From assembly GCA_049472355.1 (NCBI GenBank), contig JBLIRP010000004.1, forward strand, positions 1 to 64,000: 64,000 nt of DNA. The letters are read 5' to 3'. This DNA comes from a bacterium (GTDB lineage: Bacteria > SZUA-182 > DTGQ01 > JAFGSM01). Positions 9,544 to 17,510 of this stretch are shown in pieces. The translations under genes and the position numbers were made by a program. Every line of letters begins with the position of its first letter. The stretch's first letter is position 1. The notes beneath the pieces were generated by a model. The model had not been told where the DNA came from. It did not search any database and saw nothing but the letters and a program-made list of their open reading frames with translations.

Positions 9544-10080
9544 ATGCCGCATATATTCTTTGAACCCCTGGAAAAAAGACGGAGCACGCAGACACTCTTT
9601 CCCACGTTCGGCGGCAATACCGCCATAGCCATCTACTCGGCACCGGTGCCCGAATACGGGGTCGGGATCGGATACACCCCGCCCTCAAACAACTACCTCC
9701 TGTACGGGATCAATCCGCCTTCGAGCGGCTATTCACCGTGGTCGGGAGGGGGGCTCTTCGGGTGGTCGAATCCCTTTAACAGCTACAATCCCTGGGGCTC
9801 ATGGGGTTCATCATGGAGCTCCCCCTGGGGCTGGGGCTCATCCTGGAGTTCCCCCTGGGGTTCCGGAAGCTGGTCCTCCCCCTTCGGGGGCTTCTTCGGC
9901 GGTTTCTTCGGGGGACTCTTCGGAGGCTCTTCTCCCTGGTCATGGGGAGGCAGCCCGAGCTTCCCGGACATCCGGCTTCTGTACGGGGTTTTCCCCAATC
10001 CCACCCCTCCCACTGAAATCATCGCCTTTTACGGGGTCGGGATACCGAGTGTGAGTTCATTCTCGGGAACCCTCTGGTAG
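9544..10080 (+). CDS. Gly/Ser/Trp/Pro-rich repetitive protein (178 aa). It is the candidate precursor or substrate of the adjacent radical SAM enzymes.
   Basis: ATG lies 8 nt after the rSAM stop, with a GGGAG SD. High GC3 throughout. The sequence reads MPHIFFEPLEKRRSTQTLFPTFGG...YSPWSGGGLFGWSNPFNSYNPWGSWGSSWSSPWGWGSSWSSPWGSGSWSSPFGGFFGGFFGGLFGGSSPWSWGGSPSF..., with degenerate tandem SSWSSPWG-like repeats at protein and DNA level. There is no obvious Sec signal. The antisense ORF in the same repeats is shorter and non-operonic. Confidence 0.55.
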   Translation: MPHIFFEPLEKRRSTQTLFPTFGGNTAIAIYSAPVPEYGVGIGYTPPSNNYLLYGINPPSSGYSPWSGGGLFGWSNPFNSYNPWGSWGSSWSSPWGWGSSWSSPWGSGSWSSPFGGFFGGFFGGLFGGSSPWSWGGSPSFPDIRLLYGVFPNPTPPTEIIAFYGVGIPSVSSFSGTLW

Positions 10081-10228
10081 AAGACAGATAGCGTGTTGAC
10101 CTGAAATCGTACGAGCGCGAGGGCTTGCATTACCCATAGGATGTTCTGCTGTATGCCGAATGCGGCGTGAGGATTGCTCCGGGCTTGCGCCCCCGCAATG
10201 ACATTTGCCCTGCGCCCGATCAGAACGT

Positions 10229-10264
10229 CAACAGGCCCGGGGACGATCGTCCCCGGGCCTGTTG
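10229..10264. terminator. Perfect 36-nt GC-rich palindrome (CAACAGGCCCGGGGACGATCGTCCCCGGGCCTGTTG) about 150 nt downstream of the GSW-rich ORF. It is likely an operon terminator or protein-binding site.
   Basis: Read directly. It has a 16-bp perfect stem around a GATC centre and no T-tract, so it could be a factor-dependent or bidirectional terminator or a regulatory hairpin. Confidence 0.45.
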
Positions 10265-10724
10265 CTCTGTCGTCCGGCACTACAGACCCGCTTGTTATGG
10301 CTGCATGTTCGTAATCACTACCCCTGCCTCCTTCCGGTTGCAAACGGCATCCACCGGCACGAGATCTCCCAATGGATCGACAAGTACAACCGATGGCTCT
10401 TTGCCTTCTACTTCAATTTCGCCGGAGATGATCTCGAAGGCGATCTATCCAACCCCCTGGTATCACATTTGCTACGAAATGCCATAAAGGGGACCTGCCT
10501 CTCCGGTCCCTTAATACGAATAATACGTAAGGAACCGCGGACAGCGATTCGTATGCTGGGCATGTAAGGGAGTGACAAGCAAACATGTCCGCCCATAATG
10601 ATACAACGCCACAATCGCACATCGATGGACCACATAGGTGAAGTTTGCACTGAACCAAGTCCTCGAGTACAATGAACATGAGGGAATTTTATCCATATCT
10701 TTTACGATATAAGGGCAACATTTT

Positions 10725-11630
10725 ATGAAGGTTGGATGGTTTTTCGTTTTCTTGAAGTATTACTTCAACACCCGGTTATTGGGCAGAAGGACCCCGCTTC
10801 TTGCCGGGTTCAAGATCACCCACAAGTGCAACCTCACCTGCCGCCACTGTCCCTTCTGGCACGAAAACCTCCCCCAGATGACCTTCCAGGAGGTTAAGGG
10901 GGTTTTAAAACGCCTGCATGCCATGGGGATCAGAATCCTTCTCATCGAGGGCGGGGAACCCTTCCTCTGGCGTGATGGAGCATTCGGGCTCCAGGATGTG
11001 GTGAATGAGGCGAAGCGTTATTTCTTGAGCGTGGGGGTGACCACAAACGGAACCATATCCCTGGACCTTGATTCCAACAGCCTCTGGGTGAGCCTGGACG
11101 GACTCAGGGACACGCACAACCACATCCGCGGCCAGGACATCTTCGATCGGGTGGTCGCAAACATCGAATCCTGCACCCATCCCAACCTCTATGTCAACAC
11201 CACCATCAACAGCCTCAACTGGAAGGAGATACCCGATCTGGTCAAGTTTCTGAAGGACAAGGTCAAGGGGGTGACCATTCAGTTCTACTACCCTTATGAA
11301 AAAACGGACCGGTTGATGCTCACCAACGGACAGAGGATAACCGTGCTCGATGAGCTCATCCGGCTCAAACGGGAGGGATGGCCGGTGATCAATTCATTCC
11401 GGGCACTTGAAAACCTGAAGACCAACAACTGGACCCGCCGATGCAAGGAATGGATGATCACGAGCGTCGAGCCTGACGGCACCATCACCCAGGGTTGCTA
11501 TGTGAAGAACCGTGATACCGTGCAGTGCGAGGTATGCGGATTTTCCACCAACACCGAGATCACCCTTGCCTACGAGCTTGTGTTCGAGTCCATCAATGTA
11601 GGAAGAAGGGTATTCAACTACAGCCGCTGA
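10725..11630 (+). CDS. Radical SAM protein (third in cluster) with a truncated C-terminal Cys-rich (twitch/SPASM-like) region
   Basis: Motifs are KCNLTCRHC (CxxxCxxC), LIEGGEPFL and C-terminal cysteines (CKEWMITSVEPDGTITQGCYVKNRDTVQCEVCGF). It is preceded by an AT-rich ~650-nt spacer. Confidence 0.8.
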   Translation: MKVGWFFVFLKYYFNTRLLGRRTPLLAGFKITHKCNLTCRHCPFWHENLPQMTFQEVKGVLKRLHAMGIRILLIEGGEPFLWRDGAFGLQDVVNEAKRYFLSVGVTTNGTISLDLDSNSLWVSLDGLRDTHNHIRGQDIFDRVVANIESCTHPNLYVNTTINSLNWKEIPDLVKFLKDKVKGVTIQFYYPYEKTDRLMLTNGQRITVLDELIRLKREGWPVINSFRALENLKTNNWTRRCKEWMITSVEPDGTITQGCYVKNRDTVQCEVCGFSTNTEITLAYELVFESINVGRRVFNYSR

Positions 11631-11862
11631 ACCGCCACCCCCTCGAAACCCCATGAAGGTATAACCTTAAATTCTCTGTCAATCAATCGTTTTTCTTACC
11701 ATACCCGTTCTCAGTGACAGTTCCCATTCAGTGACAGTTCCGATTTTGACGGTCTACAGTGGAGGGAGCTATGTGTACGCAGCGATAGGGGAGGCATTCT
11801 ATGGACTACCTGTGTCTGCCCCGCTCTCGGGTTGGAGGTAAAAAAGTGGCATTGCCGTGCTC

Positions 11863-12990
11863 TCACAGGGCGAGGTTCGGTATCTGATCGATCACCAGGA
11901 ACGCAAAGGAGACCCTGCTCACGGCGTTCTCCAGAAGCATCCTGGAGTAGGCGGGATTGTGGGCACCCCTGCTCCCGTCGGCCTTCACAAAGAGGTAAAC
12001 ATCCCGGGCAAGGGTATAAATCCCGTTGATCCGGCTTATGTCCTGCCCCATTTCCTCGGCCCTTCGAATGCCCTCGGCCAGCGCGGGAAGACGATCCTCC
12101 AGCGTCTTCAAGGTGCGGGCGATCACCGCCCTCTCCTGCTCCTCCTGCGACAAGGTTTGGGCATCGTGACACTCCAGGCATGTCTGGACAGGGCGGGGCA
12201 CGCACCCCTGAGTATGGCAGTCCACGCAGTCCAGACGGACACGCTGATGGGCGGAGGCCTCGCCTGCAGGGATGCCCCCCCCGATATTCCCCAGCAGCAT
12301 GGCCTCCTGATAGATGTGGCAGTATTCGCACTGACTCCGGGAGGCAATCTCGTCGTTGTGGCAGGGAAAACAGAAATCCTTCATGGTGGGGAGGTTTTTT
12401 CCTGCCGGATCGAAACCGTGGGCTATCCGGTCATGGCACACCACACAGGCATACCCTTTTGATATGTGGAGGGCGTGATTGACCCGGATCGAAGAGCCCC
12501 GGTCCATCGTCCACGGGTCGGTATGACATCCCCGGCGCACACAGTATACCGGTTTCTCCGCCTTTATATCATCATCGTAGTTGGCAGTCACATGGTTCCA
12601 CAGGAAAACGAGCCCCCCCAGCTTCGCCTTTATCTTCCCCCCAAAACCCGGGGCGGTGTGACATGCCAGGCAATCCTCCTTGCTCCCGGTGAGTGACCCG
12701 TGAAACGATCGCTCCCATGTCTCATGGGCGGGTTTCATTTCATGGCAGAGGATACAGGACTGCGGCCGGTAGGAATACTCGAGAATAAGCGACATGGCAG
12801 CAATTGCAACCACAAAGATTCCACCGGCCCAGAAGGCGAAACGGACCGGATCCTGGTGCCACAACCTCCTCAAGAAGAAGGAAAGCCCCCCGGTCGCCCC
12901 TGTTTTGTCATGCCCGGACTGGGCGTCGGTTCCCGGTTCAAATCCCATGGTACATCCCTGTTGTCTCGTGTGCTCAAAAGGGCACTCCAA
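11863..12990 (-). CDS. Membrane-anchored multiheme c-type cytochrome (seven CxxCH motifs; NapC/NirT/NrfH-like N-terminus)
   Basis: Heme motifs are CILCH, CLACH, CVVCH, CFPCH, CEYCH, CVDCH and CLECH. The N-terminal TM helix followed by CxxCH...W..S.H is typical of the NapC/NirT family. Confidence 0.8.
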   Translation of the reverse strand: MECPFEHTRQQGCTMGFEPGTDAQSGHDKTGATGGLSFFLRRLWHQDPVRFAFWAGGIFVVAIAAMSLILEYSYRPQSCILCHEMKPAHETWERSFHGSLTGSKEDCLACHTAPGFGGKIKAKLGGLVFLWNHVTANYDDDIKAEKPVYCVRRGCHTDPWTMDRGSSIRVNHALHISKGYACVVCHDRIAHGFDPAGKNLPTMKDFCFPCHNDEIASRSQCEYCHIYQEAMLLGNIGGGIPAGEASAHQRVRLDCVDCHTQGCVPRPVQTCLECHDAQTLSQEEQERAVIARTLKTLEDRLPALAEGIRRAEEMGQDISRINGIYTLARDVYLFVKADGSRGAHNPAYSRMLLENAVSRVSFAFLVIDQIPNLAL

Positions 12991-13158
12991 GGCCGGCCCT
13001 TTTTATGCGTGCTCATTGACGCTGCTACTATTACTATCGACACTTGCACGGGGGGAACTTGCCCAATGGCATGATCATGGTCAATGGCTCAGGGGCCAGG
13101 GCCTCATATGCCCCTGAACGAAGCCAACGCAGGAAAGGGAGCACGCTCTGGCCCAGTC

Positions 13159-14136
13159 TCATTTCCCTATGTACTGGATATTCAATTCCTTGGGAAGTTC
13201 CATCTTCAGCTTTTTCAGGACATGGGCGTTGGCGTAGAGTCTTGTTTCCGCCTCCGTAGGCCGCATCACAGGAAGATCGGCAGGAGACGTCCCACTGAGG
13301 ACCTTCGCGGCCAGCTTCCCGGCCATTTTACCCACCTCCGCATAGTCAACGCTGATGCAGAGGGTCCCTCCCCGCTCCAGAACGGAGGTACTGGTCATAC
13401 AGGTGGGGATCTGCCTTCGATTGACCGTGGAAAAGATGCGCTCGATGTATCCCACCACATCACGATCGGTCGGCAGGTATATGCAACTGACCCGGCCGGC
13501 GATCCTGTCGACGTAGGCGCCGAGTGACGTAAAGTTCTTCGTGAATTCAAAGGAGATCAGCTCCATACCCTTCTTCTCCAGGATGGCCTCCATCTCCTCC
13601 TTCAATTCCATCGATCCCTTGTCCGTGGGGCTGTAAATCAGGCCGATGTTCCCCGCCCCGAACACCTTGTGCATCAGCTCTATCTGAAGGGAGGTGGGAA
13701 TGGCGATGGACACCCCGGTCAGATTCGGCTGTTTGCTGTCCCAGGATTCGATGATCCTGTAGCCTATGGGATCCAAAACCTTGTTGAAGACGATGGGGGT
13801 CTTTGTATACGCCTTGGCGACCCGCGACGTTATGGTCGAACCGTAGGTATAGATCAATTGGTACTGCGTTTGATCCGTCTGATCGATCAGGTCCTTCAGC
13901 CGATTTACATCCTTGTAGACGTCGAGAACCGTATAGTTGATATTCTGGTCGACAAATTCCTGGGCCAGCGCCTCCTTGAATCCCTTTTCGGTCCCGGTCT
14001 CACCCTGCCACATGAACATCAGGATATTCAGCCTCTTGGCCCGGGCAGGGGCGGGGAAAAGGCATACCAGGAGCGCCATCACCACACCTGTCGCCATGTG
14101 TCTGAAATGGTGCAATCTCATTATTCCTCCTTTCAC
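13159..14136 (-). CDS. ABC transporter substrate-binding protein (COG2984/ABC_sub_bind-like periplasmic component)
   Basis: A signal peptide (ATGVVMALLVCLFPAPARA) is followed by a two-lobed SBP-like sequence (IYSPTDKGSMELKEEMEAILEKKGMEL...). It lies in the same orientation and directly upstream of the cytochrome gene. Confidence 0.6.
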   Translation of the reverse strand: MKGGIMRLHHFRHMATGVVMALLVCLFPAPARAKRLNILMFMWQGETGTEKGFKEALAQEFVDQNINYTVLDVYKDVNRLKDLIDQTDQTQYQLIYTYGSTITSRVAKAYTKTPIVFNKVLDPIGYRIIESWDSKQPNLTGVSIAIPTSLQIELMHKVFGAGNIGLIYSPTDKGSMELKEEMEAILEKKGMELISFEFTKNFTSLGAYVDRIAGRVSCIYLPTDRDVVGYIERIFSTVNRRQIPTCMTSTSVLERGGTLCISVDYAEVGKMAGKLAAKVLSGTSPADLPVMRPTEAETRLYANAHVLKKLKMELPKELNIQYIGK

Positions 14137-14314
14137 TCAAAAACCACCGGAATCGCCTCCCTCAAGGATGCGACGAGTGGATTTTTTCCGCATTGTGAAG
14201 ACATGAATCCTTCTTAGTATACATCATATGCAAATCCGGTGCATGGGTCCTGCACTCATTCCCGCATGACATATCCCTAAACATTACCATTGCAGGTGCA
14301 CAAGATCAAGACCT

Positions 14315-14348
14315 TTTGTCCTTCCTTTGTCCTTCGCTTTTGTCCTTC
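14315..14348. promoter_or_regulatory. Three direct repeats of TTTGTCCTTC spaced about one helical turn apart, in the divergent promoter region between the SBP-cytochrome operon and argC
   Basis: Read directly at 14315-14324, 14326-14335 and 14339-14348. Confidence 0.35.
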
Positions 14349-14502
14349 CGGGCAATTCAATTTGGACATTTCATCAGTGGCGGGCAGACATGTTTACGGA
14401 GCGATATAGCAGGACTTGCCCTCCTTGCGGGGAACATGCTACATTATTTCGTGAGAATGCTGCGGATGCACTGAAACCATTTCGCGAAGAAAGGAACCCT
14501 CC

Positions 14503-15561
14503 ATGCTCAAGGTCAAGATCTTCGGCGCGTGCGGATACGGCGGTGTCGGCATGATCGAGCTCCTGGTCAGACACCCGGAGGCAACGATTGCGGCGCTGAT
14601 CGATGTCGAGAATGCCGGCATGCCCGTCAGCGAGGTGTATCCTCACCTGAGGGGATTCTGTGATCTCCCCGTCATCCCCCCCGAGGATGACGATCCCGGG
14701 GATGGAGCGGCCAATGCCCTCTTCTTTGCGACCCCGGACGGCGTGGCCATGGATCAGGCGCCCCGCTACCTGGCCAAAGGCGTCAAGATCGTCGACTATA
14801 GCGGCGATTTTCGTTTTTCCACCCCTGAATCGTATGCCGCCTATGCAAAGAGGATCGGCAAGCCAACCGCCCATCGAACGCCCGAACTCCTGAAAGAGGC
14901 GGCGTACGGGCTGACGGAGATCAACCGCAGCGCCATAGCTTCGGCGCGCCTCGTAGGGAATCCGGGGTGCTTTGCAGTGGCCACCATCCTGGCCTTCACC
15001 CCGCTGGTAAAGGCACGAGCGGTGGATGTCGGGAGGCTCACCTGCGACGCAAAGACCGGGGTCTCGGGTGCAGGCAAGAAACCCTCTGCGGCGTTCCACT
15101 ATCCGGGCAGGTACGAAAACATGAATGCCTATAAGATCGGCATGCACCAGCATGTGGTGGAGATCGAACGTCAGCTCTCGCTCCAGGCAGGGGGAGCGTG
15201 CAAGGTCTTCCTGAATACGCAGGTGGTTCCCCTCACCCGTGGTATCATGGTATGCGCCTATGGAACGATTGAGGAGGGATGGGGATTTTCCCGCCTGTTC
15301 GATCTCTACAGCGAATTCTATCGCAACGAGCCGTTCGTGCGCGTACTTCCTCCGGATCAGGCGCCCGCATCAAAGGACGTGAGGGGTTCCAATTTCTGTC
15401 TTTTGTCGGTGTACGTGAACGAGGCAACGGGAACCTGCCTGGTTATCGGGCAAATCGACAACCTGGTCAAGGGACAGGCCGGCTCCGCCCTTCAGAATAT
15501 GAACCTGATGCATGGCTTGGACGAAACCATGGGGCTCCGTTTTCCCCCCATGGTCCCCTGA
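14503..15561 (+). CDS. argC: N-acetyl-gamma-glutamyl-phosphate reductase
   Basis: N-terminal Rossmann GACGYGG motif. The active-site region GNPGCFAVATILAFTPL has the catalytic Cys. Length is 352 aa. Confidence 0.9.
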   Translation: MLKVKIFGACGYGGVGMIELLVRHPEATIAALIDVENAGMPVSEVYPHLRGFCDLPVIPPEDDDPGDGAANALFFATPDGVAMDQAPRYLAKGVKIVDYSGDFRFSTPESYAAYAKRIGKPTAHRTPELLKEAAYGLTEINRSAIASARLVGNPGCFAVATILAFTPLVKARAVDVGRLTCDAKTGVSGAGKKPSAAFHYPGRYENMNAYKIGMHQHVVEIERQLSLQAGGACKVFLNTQVVPLTRGIMVCAYGTIEEGWGFSRLFDLYSEFYRNEPFVRVLPPDQAPASKDVRGSNFCLLSVYVNEATGTCLVIGQIDNLVKGQAGSALQNMNLMHGLDETMGLRFPPMVP

Positions 15562-15649
15562 ATACACCCGCGTTCCCTGTGCTCCGGAAATACTGCATGA
15601 ATCCCGGCGTGCAGGTCACCAGGTGAGGATATCGAGAAAGGAACAGGTT

Positions 15650-16216
15650 ATGACCGAATCGGAAAAGAGGCTTCTTACACTGCTCGCCAACATTTCTTAC
15701 CACTACAGCCCCACACCCAGCTTCCGCCTGGCCTCGGGCAGGATGAGTCAGTTCTATATCGATTGCAAGACCACCACCCTCACCCCCGAAGGTCTCGTTC
15801 TGACCGGTGAGGTGATCTACGAAAGGATCAAGGGGTGCAACCTGCAGGGTGTGGGCGGGCTCGAATTCGGCGCCATCCCCCTTGCCCTCGCCACTTCGAT
15901 GCACGCCTTCCGCCAGGGGGTATCCCTCCAGCCCTTCGTCGTTCGCAAACAGGCAAAGGAGAGAGGCCTCAAAAAGGCCATAGAGGGACAGATCGATGAA
16001 GGTGCACGGGTGGTGGTCCTCGAGGATGTGGTGACCACGGGGGGGTCCTCTCTCACCGCAGTGGAGCGGCTCAGGGAGGCCCGCATCGAGGTGGATCACA
16101 TCCTGGCGATGGTGGATCGGGACGAAGGGGGCAAGGAGGCCTTTCTTCGAGCCGGCCTGCGGATGGAATCCATCTTCACCCTGGACGACCTCATCCATGT
16201 CCTCCAGGAGCAATGA
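15650..16216 (+). CDS. pyrE: Orotate phosphoribosyltransferase
   Basis: PRPP-binding motif VVVLEDVVTTGGS. The 188-aa product starts MTESEKRLLTLL. The longer upstream ORF extension is unlikely to be real. Confidence 0.85.
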   Translation: MTESEKRLLTLLANISYHYSPTPSFRLASGRMSQFYIDCKTTTLTPEGLVLTGEVIYERIKGCNLQGVGGLEFGAIPLALATSMHAFRQGVSLQPFVVRKQAKERGLKKAIEGQIDEGARVVVLEDVVTTGGSSLTAVERLREARIEVDHILAMVDRDEGGKEAFLRAGLRMESIFTLDDLIHVLQEQ

Positions 16217-17507
16217 ACCCATCGTGTCCCCTGACGATCTCCCCTCCCTTGTTATTGCAGACATGGAGGGAAGGATTTTCGACCATCCCTCTATGGGCAT
16301 GGCGGGCATGTCCGGACGCACCCCGTGCCTGCCCCAGCCCGGCGAAATGGTGCCCCTCCCCTTCGGAAGCACCCTTTTTTACATGCCCGGCCGAGTGCCC
16401 CTGGGATGGGACAGGGAGAAAAACCGTATCGGACCCTGTACCGAGGCAACGACCAAGGGCCGCACAGGAATGTGCTTCGCGGTTGCCGCCTTTCTCCCCC
16501 CCGGATACGTCAGGACACTCCTCCCGGCAACCCGCCTCCTCAAAGGTGCGCCAACCCTCCCCCTCTGGGCTTACGCCGCCGTGGGATGGAAGGAGGGCAA
16601 ATTCTGGGCTACCGGCATCCATGTGGATCCGAATCCGCACTGGGACCCGGTCTTCTTTCAGGATGACGAGGGGCTCACTCGACTGGTTCGCGAGGCACTC
16701 TCCCGCATGCCCGGCAACAGGCTGCTCAGCCATCTGGCGCGCTGCGCCATGGAGTATCATTGCTTTGCCGCCAAGAACTGCTTCTATCGCCGATGGGAAC
16801 TGCCGTTGCCCACCTCCCCCGGATGCAACGCCCGATGCCTGGGATGCATCTCCCTCCAGCCCGCCGGATGCTGCCCCGCCCCCCATGGCAGGATCAGCTT
16901 CGTGCCCACCGTGGAAGAGATCTGCGACATCACCCTCCCCCACCTCCTGGAGGCGGAGGACCCGATCGCCAGTTTCGGGCAGGGATGTGAAGGCGAGCCC
17001 ATCCTCCAGGCAGGAGTGATCGAACGGGCAGTGGAACGGCTCAGAACACACACCACGCGGGGGATCATCAACCTCAATACGAACGGGAGCAAGCCGGATG
17101 TCATCGACCGGCTCTGCAAGGCAGGGACGGACAGCATCAGGGTCAGCCTGAATTCACCCCATCCGCCGTTCTTCACTACATACCATCGGCCAATGGGGTT
17201 CTCTTTGCAGGAGGTCAAAGCGTCGCTCATCCTGGCCCGTGAGGCGGGCGCCTCCTCCGCAATCAATCTCCTCGTATTTCCGGGTGTCACGGACAGGGAG
17301 GAAGAGCGTGACCGGCTGGTCCGGTTTATCCGGGAAACCGGCATCGACCAAATCCAGATGAGAAACCTGAACATCGATCCCGATCTCTACTGCGCCGCAG
17401 TAACGACCGAAGGTCCCCGGTATCCGCTGCCCCTCGTGATGGCAGACCTCCAGGAGGTGTCTCCGAACCTCACCTTCGGCTATTTCAACCGGGCAAAAAG
17501 GGAATGA
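16197..17507 (+). CDS. Radical SAM domain protein, uncharacterized family, Cys-rich N-terminal domain
   Basis: CNARCLGC (CxxxCxxC) at about residue 215. It overlaps the pyrE stop by 20 nt. Its function is not recognisable from sequence alone. Confidence 0.6.
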   Translation: MSSRSNEPIVSPDDLPSLVIADMEGRIFDHPSMGMAGMSGRTPCLPQPGEMVPLPFGSTLFYMPGRVPLGWDREKNRIGPCTEATTKGRTGMCFAVAAFLPPGYVRTLLPATRLLKGAPTLPLWAYAAVGWKEGKFWATGIHVDPNPHWDPVFFQDDEGLTRLVREALSRMPGNRLLSHLARCAMEYHCFAAKNCFYRRWELPLPTSPGCNARCLGCISLQPAGCCPAPHGRISFVPTVEEICDITLPHLLEAEDPIASFGQGCEGEPILQAGVIERAVERLRTHTTRGIINLNTNGSKPDVIDRLCKAGTDSIRVSLNSPHPPFFTTYHRPMGFSLQEVKASLILAREAGASSAINLLVFPGVTDREEERDRLVRFIRETGIDQIQMRNLNIDPDLYCAAVTTEGPRYPLPLVMADLQEVSPNLTFGYFNRAKRE

Positions 17508-17510
17508 TTA

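Noticed and set aside
8424-9632. 402-aa minus-strand ORF opposite the second rSAM/SPASM gene
   Set aside because: A shadow ORF. The plus-strand frame has complete CxxxCxxC/GGEP/SPASM motifs.
9783-10022. Antisense ORF encoding PPKKPPKKPPKGE repeats within the GSW-rich gene
   Set aside because: A repetitive region yields ORFs on both strands. The plus-strand ORF is longer, is operon-coupled 8 nt after the rSAM stop and has an SD. The antisense one lacks these. Some uncertainty remains.
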